Below are positions 8,771-18,601 of a stretch of 60,117 nt of DNA, in pieces; the first letter of the stretch is position 1, and each line of letters opens with the position of its first letter. The notes below the pieces were generated by a model. That model was not told the origin of the DNA and made no database searches. It was given only the letters and a program-made list of their open reading frames with translations. The stretch covers positions 1 to 60,117 of the forward strand of contig CALGOO010000171.1 of NCBI GenBank assembly GCA_937960715.1, given 5' to 3'. The position numbers and the translations under genes were made by a program. The stretch comes from an uncultured Candidatus Competibacteraceae bacterium. Its GTDB lineage: Bacteria; Pseudomonadota; Gammaproteobacteria; Competibacterales; Competibacteraceae.

Positions 8771-10870
8771 TCAGCGCTCGACGGTGAAGGTCGTGACCGG
8801 CGTCATCGCATTGGGCCGGACCGTACCCTTGAATACCGACTCCTGGCCGCCCCGGATCAGGCGCACCTGAAACGGCGTCTCTCGGGGGTTCTGCTCGTCC
8901 TTGCGCGGCGCGTAACGCACGGCGATTTCGTAGCTTCCCGGCGTGGTCCGACCCGCTGGCCAGAAAGCATTCTCCACCGGCCGGTCGCTGAGCGCGCCGC
9001 GCGTGGCATTGGCGTCCACATCCAGAGTGCCGCCGCATGCGGCTGGATTGCGGTAATCCAGTTGCTGGCCGGATGGGCAGCGCACCACCAAGTCGAGATC
9101 GCCTGGACCGTTCCACAACAGCGTCGCGGTGATTTCACCGGTCGTCGCGCCGGTCTCGGTCATGCGGTTCGTAAATTCCCGGCGTTCCTCGGCGGTTGGC
9201 TCGGCCTTGACCGGCGGCTCCGTCAAGGCGGGTGGTTCGGCCTTCCTGATCGGCGGTTCGGTTCGAGCGAGCGGCTCGGTCTTGACCGGCGGTTCAGCCT
9301 GGGGTCGTGGCGGTTGGCGGGTCGGCGCATCCGCCACCGGCGCACGCCCAACCAAAACCTCTTCCAAGGTTCGCGTGGGCGATTTCGTTTCCGGCGAAGC
9401 GCGAGATTCCAGCCTCGACAATGGTGGGCTGACGCTGTCCGAAGGATCGATGGCGCTCACTGGCGGCATGGCTGTCGGCGACACGGCATGGTCCGGCGTG
9501 ATGGGTGTTGCCGTCGCTGGAACCGCGGGGGCGACGGGCGGCGCCATGCCGGGGGTAGTCGCCGCGCGGGCGGCAGTTGGCGCATCCACGGTTGGAATTG
9601 CCACAGAGTGGTTGGAGGGGGCGGTGACCGCCGGTTCACGCGAGCCATTCCCGCTCGCGACCGCGACCGCGGATTGAGCTGGAGCCGCGCGGCCCTGGCC
9701 GGATTCCCGAATCGCGGGAACGGCGGTGTCCGCTCTGGCGGCCGGCAACGGACACTGACCACGTCGCTCGGCGAGTTGCGTCAACAAACTTTCCAGCCGG
9801 CTCCGCAATTCCGCCTCGGTGTGCTGGGCCTGGGCCAAGACGCGCTCCAGGTCGGCGTCCAGGACGGACTTCGATTCCTGACCCGACGCGGAAAATGGCG
9901 CTGGCCACCCCATCCCCCACCGGAACGCCGCGATCACGGCCAGCAATACGGCCAGCGCGAACACGCTCCAAAAATACCGGGAACCGACCACCACGTAACG
10001 CCATTGGGTTCCGGATTCGAACTCAGACCCGGATTTGGGCTCCACCGCCGCATCGAGCGGTGCCGCGGCCGACCTAGGGGTTTCGGATTCGGATTGAGAA
10101 TCCTGTGATGCTGGGGACACGACCGCCGCTGGTGGGGGCTTGGATTCCGACGGCAGTTCCGGCGGCGATTCCGACAGGGTCGGAGACGAGGCCGGCTCTG
10201 GGGGTGGAATCGGTTCCGGTGGCGGTTCCTGCGCCGGGGTGGGCCATGGCGCGACCGGCGGCGATTCGGTCAACGGCGGCGGCTCGGTTCCGGACTCCGG
10301 CGCGGCGGCCCGTTCGGGCATGGCGATTTCCGGTATCACCACATCGCGTGCTGGTTCAGCCGGTTTCGACGCAGCCGGCGGAACCAGCGGGCTTCGCGCC
10401 GGCTCCGCCAGCGTCTCCCAGGGTCGATCCGGGGTGAAGCCCCAGCGGATCATCACCGGTCGTCCCTCGACCAAAAACAGTTCGGTTTCGGCTGGCGTGC
10501 TCAGGGCCACCCGCAACATCGCCCCCAATTGCGCCCGGCGGGCTTCCTTTGAAGCGGCGTAACGCTCCGCCACCTCCCGCCCACGGTCCAACAGGTCGTG
10601 GACTTGAGCAAGTAGCGGCTGGCGCTGTTCCTCGGGCAGATCGCCCAGCGCCGCTGGCGGATGATCGGGATCGCCTTCGGTATACCAGTCGATCCGGTCG
10701 TTGACGCGATCCACCACCGGTTCGGCCAATAGCGCCGCCGCCTCCGATCCCAGCTCACTGGCCAGCACCGCCCGAATCTGCGGGTACAGGGCGTGCAGTG
10801 GCTGACCAAAGCCGCCGGTCTCGCGCATCCCCGCGAAGGATCCACTGCTGAGAAGAATCTGTTCCACCAT
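8771..10870 (-). CDS. srfA: SrfA-like protein with Pro-rich linkers, TM helix and C-terminal YfaP/DUF2135-like domain
   Basis: N-terminus LLSSG...GGFGQPL...QIR...DRIDWY...PVMIRWGF resembles SrfA; C-terminus TLLWNGPGDLDL...GGTLDVDAN...VENAFW resembles YfaP. Confidence 0.7.
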   Translation of the reverse strand: MVEQILLSSGSFAGMRETGGFGQPLHALYPQIRAVLASELGSEAAALLAEPVVDRVNDRIDWYTEGDPDHPPAALGDLPEEQRQPLLAQVHDLLDRGREVAERYAASKEARRAQLGAMLRVALSTPAETELFLVEGRPVMIRWGFTPDRPWETLAEPARSPLVPPAASKPAEPARDVVIPEIAMPERAAAPESGTEPPPLTESPPVAPWPTPAQEPPPEPIPPPEPASSPTLSESPPELPSESKPPPAAVVSPASQDSQSESETPRSAAAPLDAAVEPKSGSEFESGTQWRYVVVGSRYFWSVFALAVLLAVIAAFRWGMGWPAPFSASGQESKSVLDADLERVLAQAQHTEAELRSRLESLLTQLAERRGQCPLPAARADTAVPAIRESGQGRAAPAQSAVAVASGNGSREPAVTAPSNHSVAIPTVDAPTAARAATTPGMAPPVAPAVPATATPITPDHAVSPTAMPPVSAIDPSDSVSPPLSRLESRASPETKSPTRTLEEVLVGRAPVADAPTRQPPRPQAEPPVKTEPLARTEPPIRKAEPPALTEPPVKAEPTAEERREFTNRMTETGATTGEITATLLWNGPGDLDLVVRCPSGQQLDYRNPAACGGTLDVDANATRGALSDRPVENAFWPAGRTTPGSYEIAVRYAPRKDEQNPRETPFQVRLIRGGQESVFKGTVRPNAMTPVTTFTVER

Positions 10871-10917
10871 GCCCGCCGCGCCTCGCTAGGTTCCTGAATC
10901 CCGAACGACTTCCCAAT

Positions 10918-11397
10918 TCAACGCGCCGAGGCGCTTGATCGGCTTGGCGGAGCCACCGCGTCGGCCGGCTCGGTCAGGGCAATATCGACACCACCGCCAC
11001 CCAGGGTCAGATCAAGGCCATACTGTACGTTCTGCAAATACAGCATGACGCCCTTCTCGTTGCGCAACACGGCGTTGCCGCCACCCTGCACCACGGTCAA
11101 CCCACCCTCGACCACGATATAGCGTCCGGGGAAATCAGCCAGTTCTCGCAGGCGGTAGACCTGACCGAGAGCATCCACGCTGGCGATGCCCAGCGTCGCC
11201 GCCTTGATCCCGGAAACGGTGAACGGATATTTTCGCCCCTGGAATTCCAGCGCGCCCTGCCCCCACTGATAGCCGAACACCAGCCCGATCGCCGTGCTGG
11301 AAAACGCCAGGCGAGCGTCTGGTCGCCGATCCTGGGCCAGGGCCGTACCCGCTCCGGCAATCAGCGCCATCATCAAAACCATTTGCATGAATCGCAT
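10918..11397 (-). CDS. Exported protein, EipA/DUF1134-like
   Basis: Signal peptide then GYQWGQGALEFQG...YPF...VYRLRELADFPGRY...LRNEKGV pattern. Confidence 0.6.
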   Translation of the reverse strand: MRFMQMVLMMALIAGAGTALAQDRRPDARLAFSSTAIGLVFGYQWGQGALEFQGRKYPFTVSGIKAATLGIASVDALGQVYRLRELADFPGRYIVVEGGLTVVQGGGNAVLRNEKGVMLYLQNVQYGLDLTLGGGGVDIALTEPADAVAPPSRSSASAR

Positions 11398-11420
11398 CGG
11401 TTTCTCTCCCCAGATGAAGC

Positions 11421-12473
11421 TCAGGCTGCCGGGATCGAATACCGGGGCCATTCAAACTGATTCAGCAACATCTTTTCCAGTTCGCGGGTCAAGTCCACCT
11501 TCGGACCGCCACCCTTGACGCCGCTGCGCGAACAACTGTCCAACGGCCAGACGCCCACTTTTTCGTCAAGATTGACTTCCTTCCACTTGGGGTGGCCGGT
11601 CTGCCGGAGCACATCGATGTTGGCGCGAATGGCCTGGCCCAGTTTCGCCAACTGCTCACAGCGCTGGGCGAAATAGGGACTCCGCTTGCCGGAAAAGTCG
11701 AAGCTCATCAGCACCGCCTTGACCGCGATGGTCGATACGTCGCCGCTCAACCACTCGTAATCGACCGGGCCGATCCGGGCGGGCTGATATTCGCGCAGCA
11801 TCCGCGGATCGTCCAGCGGCACGAAATGGACGTTCGCCAGCATGGGCGCGAATTCCGGCTTGGTGATCAGGTTGCCCACCTTGGTGAACAGGCTGACCGG
11901 CTTGCCCGCCACGTAGAACGTCGCGTCGGCCTCGCCCTTGAGCACGGCGGTCACGCCCTGCAACGGCGGCAAATGGATCAGTTCGGCGGGTTTGACCCCG
12001 GTCAGTTGCAGCAGATTCATCGCGGTCAGCCAGGTGCCGCTGCCCTGCTCGCCCACCACCACCCGCTTGCCCTGCAAGCCGTCGAACGAAGTAACGGTCT
12101 TGTTGGCGAACAAATGGACCTCTTCGTTGTAGAACGGGAAGATCAGCCGCAACCGGCTGGCAACCTGGCGCGTTTCCGGGTTTTCGGAGCGGCTGAGGAA
12201 ACCCAGCACATCCGACTGGACGATGCCGAAGGTCGCGTTCTCCTTGCTGTTGATGCGCTTGATGTTGTCGATCGAACCCTGGGAGTCCTTGACCAGGATA
12301 TCCAGGCCGACGGTCTTGGCCACTCCGGCGATATCGTTGCCAAACTTGATGTAGGTGCCGGTCTGAGAACCGGTGACCATGCCGATTTGCCTGGCGTCGG
12401 CGTCGTCGGCGCGCGCCGACGTCGGTCCACAGCACAGTAACAGTAACAAGCCGCTGATCAACAGACGATTCAT
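11421..12473 (-). CDS. TAXI-family TRAP-type solute-binding protein
   Basis: Signal peptide; TGSQTGTY, SQGSIDNI, GIVQSD, YNEEVH, GEQGSGT motifs. Confidence 0.85.
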   Translation of the reverse strand: MNRLLISGLLLLLCCGPTSARADDADARQIGMVTGSQTGTYIKFGNDIAGVAKTVGLDILVKDSQGSIDNIKRINSKENATFGIVQSDVLGFLSRSENPETRQVASRLRLIFPFYNEEVHLFANKTVTSFDGLQGKRVVVGEQGSGTWLTAMNLLQLTGVKPAELIHLPPLQGVTAVLKGEADATFYVAGKPVSLFTKVGNLITKPEFAPMLANVHFVPLDDPRMLREYQPARIGPVDYEWLSGDVSTIAVKAVLMSFDFSGKRSPYFAQRCEQLAKLGQAIRANIDVLRQTGHPKWKEVNLDEKVGVWPLDSCSRSGVKGGGPKVDLTRELEKMLLNQFEWPRYSIPAA

Positions 12474-12535
12474 ACAGATACTCCTCGCGGTAAGTCGCGA
12501 TGCGGGAATCGGTTCGCTTCCGATGATTTACGTAT

Positions 12536-14014
12536 TCAAGGCGATGACTTGGGTCGACGCAACCCTTTCTCCAATTCCCGTAAGGTTGGATCGAATTGCG
12601 ATTTCAGTTCATCCTCCAGACTGCGTCCGGAGCCGCCTGGCTGGATGGGCGGAGCCGGCGGCGATTTCAGCGGAGCTTGGGGGGCCGGCGCGACCGGCGG
12701 CGGAGCGGGCGTTCGCTCGGGCGCGGGCGGTTGCCTTGGCGTAACCGGCGCGGGGGCCGGCGGCGGGGTCGAAACCGGCGGCGGAGCGGGCGTTCGCTCG
12801 GGCGCGGGCGGTTGCCTTGGCGTAACCGGCGCGGGAGCCGGCGGCGGGGTCGAAACTGGCGGCGGAGCGGGCGTTCGCTCGGGCGCGGGCGACTCCGGCG
12901 CGGGGATCGGCTCCGGCGCGGGCGCCGGGACTGGCGCGGGGATCGGTTCCGGCGCCGGTTTCGGTTCCGGCGCCGGTTTCGGTTCCGGTGCCGGTTTCGG
13001 CTCGGGGGCGCGGTGGATGCTGGTTGGAGCACCCGTCGGCGACGCGGCCATGGGAGCATTGCCGGAGCGCTGACCGAACCACCACCAGCCTCCCAGCGCC
13101 GCCAGCGCCGCCAGCAGGATCAGTCCGGTCGACAGCCCGAAACCCCCTCCAGGTCGTTCCTCGCCAGCCGCCTCGACGGGAACGGGCGGTCGCTCCGAAA
13201 GCGACGCGGGACGGCGGGATGACGCTGTAACCGTTGGCGGCTCTTCGCCCGGACCCGGCGCGACAAGGGGCGGCGGTGGAGACGGGACGACCGTTGGCTG
13301 GTCATCATCCACGGTCGGTGGAACCAGACGCCCCGACACCTTGCGGGTCGGTTCCGCGACCGGGGGACGCGGACTTGAAACCGGCGGCCGTGCCCGCCCC
13401 TCCGTCACCACCCGCGTCGGCCCCTCCTGGCTCGAATGCGATTCCCGCACCCGGTGCCCCACGACCTGGGTCGGCGCAGCGCCAGGGCCCGCCACCGTCG
13501 GATCGGCGCCAATTTCCGGAATCGCCACGTCCGGAATCGGCAAATCCGCCTGGCTCACCTCCGGCGACTCGACCGTCGGCATGGCGTCGGGTTCCGGTTC
13601 CGGGCGCGGTTTCGGGGCCGCATCCACCCGCGTGCCGCTAACCACCCGCCGCTCGCCACCGGCGGCGCCCTCTTCCAGTTCCAGCTCCAGGGGCCAGACG
13701 AAGGTCACGGCGACAGTATCCGACAACCCCTGCCCGCGCACCCCCAGGGTGTACGGCCTGTTCTCCAGTTGGAACGCCAGATCGGGATGGACGATGAATT
13801 TCAGCGCGTCTCCGCTGTACCACGCTTCATCGGGTTGCAACCAGCATTCCGCGCCCTGCCAGCCGTCCGAACCGAGATGGTTGGCGGCAAAACCGTGGCG
13901 GCTGAGCGTGAACTCGAAGGTCTCCAGCCCGCGCGGCAATCCGTTGAGGGTAATGATGGCGTGTCCCAGCGGACGAGCGGGGTCTTCCGAAACACGAACC
14001 GATAGGGTGGCCAT
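12536..14014 (-). CDS. Proline-rich single-pass membrane protein of unknown function
   Basis: ATG at 14014 with GGAGGA Shine-Dalgarno; beta-rich N-terminal domain, TM helix GLILLAALAALGGWWWF, Pro-rich repeats. Confidence 0.75.
   Translation of the reverse strand: MATLSVRVSEDPARPLGHAIITLNGLPRGLETFEFTLSRHGFAANHLGSDGWQGAECWLQPDEAWYSGDALKFIVHPDLAFQLENRPYTLGVRGQGLSDTVAVTFVWPLELELEEGAAGGERRVVSGTRVDAAPKPRPEPEPDAMPTVESPEVSQADLPIPDVAIPEIGADPTVAGPGAAPTQVVGHRVRESHSSQEGPTRVVTEGRARPPVSSPRPPVAEPTRKVSGRLVPPTVDDDQPTVVPSPPPPLVAPGPGEEPPTVTASSRRPASLSERPPVPVEAAGEERPGGGFGLSTGLILLAALAALGGWWWFGQRSGNAPMAASPTGAPTSIHRAPEPKPAPEPKPAPEPKPAPEPIPAPVPAPAPEPIPAPESPAPERTPAPPPVSTPPPAPAPVTPRQPPAPERTPAPPPVSTPPPAPAPVTPRQPPAPERTPAPPPVAPAPQAPLKSPPAPPIQPGGSGRSLEDELKSQFDPTLRELEKGLRRPKSSP
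12693..13005. repeat. In-frame tandem repeats: 81-bp unit (about 2.4 copies) and 18-bp unit (about 4 copies)
   Basis: CGGAGCGGGCGTTCGCTCGG recurs at 12701, 12782 and 12863 (encodes APERTPAPPPVSTPPPAPAPVTPRQPP); APEPKP x3 plus APEPIP follows in coordinates. Confidence 0.9.
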
Positions 14015-14189
14015 CCAACATCCTCCAGGATTCTTATGGGTTAGATTGTAAACGAAGCGTGGAGGAACCGCATGGCCCACGGCCGGACCGGAAGTCGTGG
14101 CGACGGTCCCGGCGCGATCCGCTATATCGCGCCCGAACTTTCTGATAGGGTTATCAAAAATCAGCCCTTCCGATGGAGCTTTCCGATCC

Positions 14190-15314
14190 ATGACCTGTGA
14201 CCTCCTCTCCCTCGCGGCACCCGGCGTGCGCACCCTGCAACCCTATCAGCCCGGCAAACCGGAAAGCGAGCTGCGCCGGGAATACGGCCTGAGCGATATC
14301 GTCAAGCTGGCGTCCAACGAAAATCCGCTCGGCCCCAGCCCCCGGGCGCTGACCGCGATCCGCGACGCCCTAAGCGGCTTGGCCCGCTATCCCGACGGCA
14401 ACGGCTTCGAACTCAAGGCCGCGCTGTCGGCCAAACTCGGCTTGTCCACGGCGACGCTGACCTTGGGCAATGGCTCCAACGACGTGCTGGAACTGGTGGC
14501 GCGGGCGTTCCTGACCCCGGAGCATGAAGCGGTGTTTTCCGAACACGCCTTCGCGGTCTATCCCATCGTCACCCAGGCCATCGGCGCGACCGCCCGCGTC
14601 GCCAAGGCCAATCCGCCCGATCACGCCATGCCTTACGGTCACGATCCAGCGGCCCTGCTGGCGCTGATCAACGACCGCACCCGCGTCGTATTCGTCGCCA
14701 ACCCCAACAACCCGACCGGCACCTGGTTGAAAACGGGGGAACTGGAAGCGTTTCTGGAAGCGATTCCCGAATCGGTCATCGCGGTAGTGGACGAAGCCTA
14801 TTTCGAATACGTCGAGGCCGACGCGGATTGCCCCAACGCCCTGCGCTGGCTCGACCGCTTCCCCAATCTCGTCGTGACCCGCACCTTCTCCAAGGCTTAC
14901 GGACTGGCCGGACTGCGGGTCGGCTACGCGATCTCGCATCCCCAGGTGGCGGATTTGCTCAACCGGGTTCGCGAGCCGTTCAACGTCAACAGCCTGGCGC
15001 TGGTCGCGGCGGCGGCGGCGCTGGACGATTTCGGGCATCTGGAACGGAGCCGGGCGGTCAACCGGGCCGGGATGGAGCAGTTGCGGAACGCCTGCCGCCA
15101 ACTGGGATTGCCCGGGTTGCCCTCGGTCGGCAATTTCCTGTGCGTGGATGTCGGCCGGCCCGGGCGGGACGTGTTTCTGGAACTGCTCAAGCGCGGCGTC
15201 ATCACCCGGCCGGTGGACAACTACGGCCTGCCCCGCTTCCTGCGCATCAGCATCGGCGCCGAGGCGGAAAACGCCCGCTTCATCGAGACGCTGACCGACG
15301 TGTTGAAGGGTTGA
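14190..15314 (+). CDS. hisC: Histidinol-phosphate aminotransferase
   Basis: PYQPGKP, KLASNENP, NPNNPTG, DEAY, PLP-lysine motif RTFSKAYGLAGLRVGY. Confidence 0.95.
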   Translation: MTCDLLSLAAPGVRTLQPYQPGKPESELRREYGLSDIVKLASNENPLGPSPRALTAIRDALSGLARYPDGNGFELKAALSAKLGLSTATLTLGNGSNDVLELVARAFLTPEHEAVFSEHAFAVYPIVTQAIGATARVAKANPPDHAMPYGHDPAALLALINDRTRVVFVANPNNPTGTWLKTGELEAFLEAIPESVIAVVDEAYFEYVEADADCPNALRWLDRFPNLVVTRTFSKAYGLAGLRVGYAISHPQVADLLNRVREPFNVNSLALVAAAAALDDFGHLERSRAVNRAGMEQLRNACRQLGLPGLPSVGNFLCVDVGRPGRDVFLELLKRGVITRPVDNYGLPRFLRISIGAEAENARFIETLTDVLKG

Positions 15315-15315
15315 C

Positions 15316-16194
15316 ATGACCGCGACGCAACCCCTGATCCGTCGTCTGTGCGTCATCGGCGTCGGCCTGATCGGCGGCTCGTTGGCCCGCGCCCTGCGCG
15401 AGCAGGGCGAAGTCGCCGAAGTGGTCGGCTCCGGCCGCAACGAGGACAACCTGCGCGCGGCGATTCGCCTGGGCGTGGTGGACCGTTACGACACCGATCC
15501 CGCCCGCGCGGTCGTCGACGCCGACGTGGTGGTGGTAGCCGTACCGCTGGGCGCCATCGAATCCGTGTTGCGCGCCATCGTCCCGCGCCTGGCGACCGAC
15601 GCGGTGGTCACCGACGTGGGCAGCGCCAAGGGCAGCGTGGTGGCCGACGTGGAGCGGGTTTACGGTCACATCCCCCCCCACTTCGTGCCCGGCCATCCCA
15701 TCGCCGGCACTGAGAAGAGCGGGGTCGAAGCCTCGTTCGCGACTCTGTTCCAGCGCCGGCGAGTGATCCTGACGCCGCTGGCGGAAACCGCCGCCGCCGC
15801 CCATCGCCTGATCAAACGGATGTGGGAATTGACCGGGGCCGAGGTGGTGGACATGGGCGTGCGCCATCACGACGCGGTGCTGGCGGCGACCAGCCATCTG
15901 CCGCACATGCTGGCCTACACCCTGGTCGATACCCTGGCTCGCCTGGACGACCGGGCTGAAATCTTCCGTTACGCCGCCGGCGGTTTTCGGGATTTCACCC
16001 GCATCGCCTCCAGCGACCCGACGATGTGGGGTGACATCTGCGCCGCCAACCGCGAGCAATTGCTGGAAATGATCGCGTTGTTCAGCGCCGATCTGGCGCG
16101 GCTGGCCGAAGCGATCCGCGCCGACGACCGCGCCGCGATTCTCGCCGTCTTCCAGCGGGCCAAGCGCGCCCGCGACAACCTCTATCTGGATTGA
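15316..16194 (+). CDS. tyrA: Prephenate/cyclohexadienyl dehydrogenase
   Basis: GVGLIGGS Rossmann motif, DVGSAK, HPIAGTE, SHLPH, GGFRDFTRIA. Confidence 0.93.
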   Translation: MTATQPLIRRLCVIGVGLIGGSLARALREQGEVAEVVGSGRNEDNLRAAIRLGVVDRYDTDPARAVVDADVVVVAVPLGAIESVLRAIVPRLATDAVVTDVGSAKGSVVADVERVYGHIPPHFVPGHPIAGTEKSGVEASFATLFQRRRVILTPLAETAAAAHRLIKRMWELTGAEVVDMGVRHHDAVLAATSHLPHMLAYTLVDTLARLDDRAEIFRYAAGGFRDFTRIASSDPTMWGDICAANREQLLEMIALFSADLARLAEAIRADDRAAILAVFQRAKRARDNLYLD

Positions 16195-16235
16195 TGGAGA
16201 GCGTGGCATCACCGACCCGAAGGGGAGAGTGGGTA

Positions 16236-18452
16236 TCATCCGTACATGGCCTGAACGGCGCGGTGATTCGGGCGCACCGGTGTGGGCGTCTCGTCGCCGC
16301 GTTCCTTGATCGCCACCTCGGCGGTCAGGCACCGATAGAACTCGCGGGCGCTGGGAGTTTCATCCCATAGCTCGTACTGGCGGACCACGGCGGCCACGTC
16401 GCCCGGCGCGAGGCGGTCGAGCCGCAGCACGGCCTCCTTGCAAACCGCCACCTCGGCCAAATCGCCGCCCAGCCGGGCGAACTCCTGCGCGAACAGCCCC
16501 CAGCGCTGGCCGGGCTTGAGCCAGTCGAAGCGGATCTTCCACGGGAAGCGGCGCAGGCTGGCGGCGTCCAGGCTCTCCATCAAGTTGGTGGTAGCGATGA
16601 AGATTCCGTCGAACGCCTCCATCTGGGTCAGCAGTTCGTTGACCTGGGTCACTTCCCAGGAGCGATGCGCGCCGCGTCGGTCGCGCAGGAAGGAATCGGC
16701 CTCGTCCAGCACCAGCACCGCATCGCGCTGGCGGGCGTCGTCGAACATCGCGGCGATGCTTTTTTCCGTCTGGCCGACATACATGTCCAGCAGGTCGGAG
16801 GCGCGCTTGACCAGCAACGGCTTCTCCAGCGTGTCGGCGATATGGCGGGCCAGTTCCGATTTGCCGGTGCCGGCGGGGCCGTGGAAGCAGAAGGTGCCGT
16901 GCGGGCGGCGCTGCAACGCTGCAATCAGCCTGGGAATATCCTGATCGACGTTGAGGAAACGCAGGTCGTAGCCGGTCGGGACGTGGTTGCGCGCCGGCGC
17001 CCGCTTCTGCCGGAGCAGGGTCGCCGAGCGGTCGAGCGCCTGCCGCACCAGCGACCGATTCGCTTCCAGATCGCCGTTGCCGGCGTGGCGGGCCAGCTTG
17101 GCGGCCCGCTCCAGTTGCGCCGGGGTCAGATGTTCGTGGGCGGCGATCCGCGCCAGCCAGTCGTCCTCCCCGGCCCAGTCGCCCAGATGGTGGCGGGCGA
17201 TCTCGATCCGCACCGCCTGCGGCGGCACGGTGAAGCGAATGGCGTAGTCGAACCGGCGCAGATAGGCCCGGTTCATCGAATCGGCGTCGTTGGTCAGCCA
17301 CAGCGCCGGCACCGGGTTGTTTTCCAGGGTGCGGTTGATCCACGCCTTGCCGGCGGTGGCGTTGTCGCCCTCCCCGCCGAACAGCCGGGCGAAGGGATTG
17401 CGCTCGAACACGTCCTCGACCTCGTCGAACAGCAGCAGGGCGTTGTCGCGCCGGGCCAGCAGACGCTGGCCCAGATTGAAGGCGCGCAACCGCCGCTCGC
17501 CCCGGATCGGATCGCCGTCCTCGTTGGCGTAATCCACCTCGTACAGGTCCGCGCCCACCGCCGCGGCCAGCACGGCGGCGAATTCGGTCTTGCCCACGCC
17601 CGGCGGGCCGTACAGCAGCAGGTTGGTGCCGGGAATCCGGCGGTCGAGCGCCGCCCGCAACAGCCCGACCGCCGCCGCCGTGTCCTGGCTCAGATGGGGA
17701 AAATGGGCCAGGGTCAGGGTGCGCCGGGGCGAGCGCTTGAGGAAGCGGGCCATCAGCGTCTCGGCGTCGGCGTGCGGCGTGAACAGGATGTTCGGCAAAT
17801 CTTTCCACACGTCGAGCTTGTCCTCCAGATCGACGCTGTGCGCGGCGATTTCGACCAGCCCCGTGGTGATGAGCGTGCTGGTGGGACTCAGGGCCGCGCG
17901 GATGTCGTCCTGGGGGAGGCCGGTCAACCGCGCCAACAGCTTGTGCAGAAACGGCGTGCTCGTGCTCTGTGATTGTTGGGCGATGGCATTCTGGAAGGTG
18001 CGATCCCCTCGCAGAAACACAGCGAAACAGAGCACGGCCAGTTCGACTTCGCTCAGCCCGAGCAGCCCGGCGAGCAGATTCATGTTACGCACCAGCGGCA
18101 AATCCGGGTTCAGGGTGATTTGCGCCAGTTCCGCGCGCCGCTGCCGGAGCCGCTGGAGCAAGCGCTCCGCTGACTGAGATCGCCCGCGCGGGTCCTCGTC
18201 CTCTTCTTCTCTCTCGTCCGGCTCGGCGTCATCGCCTTCGGCCAGGCCGGTCAGGGCCATGAATTCGTCGTTGTCCCAGCAGCGATGGTGATGAAAGGGG
18301 TGGCGGCGGCGTCCGGTGCGCACCCAGCCCAGCAACAGGGCCAGATCAATCAGCCAGCGGCCCAGCACGGCGCGATAGGCGACGGTGTCGTCGTCGTCCA
18401 GCGTGGTGAGGGTGGCGACGGGGTTGGCGTGCAAAAAACGGGGTAGAGTCAT
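16236..18452 (-). CDS. Double-module AAA+ ATPase (CDC48/SpoVK-like) with uncharacterised N-terminal domain
   Basis: Walker A/B pairs GPPGVGKT / LLFDEVE and GPAGTGKS / LVLDEAD; pore loop MYVG; second regions of homology AYLRRF and ASLRRF. Confidence 0.9.
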   Translation of the reverse strand: MTLPRFLHANPVATLTTLDDDDTVAYRAVLGRWLIDLALLLGWVRTGRRRHPFHHHRCWDNDEFMALTGLAEGDDAEPDEREEEDEDPRGRSQSAERLLQRLRQRRAELAQITLNPDLPLVRNMNLLAGLLGLSEVELAVLCFAVFLRGDRTFQNAIAQQSQSTSTPFLHKLLARLTGLPQDDIRAALSPTSTLITTGLVEIAAHSVDLEDKLDVWKDLPNILFTPHADAETLMARFLKRSPRRTLTLAHFPHLSQDTAAAVGLLRAALDRRIPGTNLLLYGPPGVGKTEFAAVLAAAVGADLYEVDYANEDGDPIRGERRLRAFNLGQRLLARRDNALLLFDEVEDVFERNPFARLFGGEGDNATAGKAWINRTLENNPVPALWLTNDADSMNRAYLRRFDYAIRFTVPPQAVRIEIARHHLGDWAGEDDWLARIAAHEHLTPAQLERAAKLARHAGNGDLEANRSLVRQALDRSATLLRQKRAPARNHVPTGYDLRFLNVDQDIPRLIAALQRRPHGTFCFHGPAGTGKSELARHIADTLEKPLLVKRASDLLDMYVGQTEKSIAAMFDDARQRDAVLVLDEADSFLRDRRGAHRSWEVTQVNELLTQMEAFDGIFIATTNLMESLDAASLRRFPWKIRFDWLKPGQRWGLFAQEFARLGGDLAEVAVCKEAVLRLDRLAPGDVAAVVRQYELWDETPSAREFYRCLTAEVAIKERGDETPTPVRPNHRAVQAMYG

Positions 18453-18485
18453 GAGGCGCTCCGATCAGGTTGGTGAACGGAGCGG

Positions 18486-18520
18486 AGCATACGGCGGATA
18501 TCCGACAGGATGCGTCGGCT
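18486..18520 (-). promoter_or_regulatory. Putative WYL-dependent promoter/operator of the AAA+ ATPase
   Basis: Minus strand reads AGCCGAC-GCATCCT-GTCGG-ATATCCGCCG-TATGCT: palindrome CCGAC-N7-GTCGG plus TGTCGG-N10-TANNNT. Confidence 0.7.
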
Positions 18521-18601
18521 GGGTTGCGGCGGCACGGTTGAGGAAGGAACAGAGAATCAGACGCCGGACAGCACGCCCGTTACGGGTCGGTCATGAGGCG
18601 G

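Noticed and set aside
12693-13005. Tandem repeats as a possible CRISPR array
   Set aside because: Contiguous in-frame coding repeats with no unique spacers and no cas genes.
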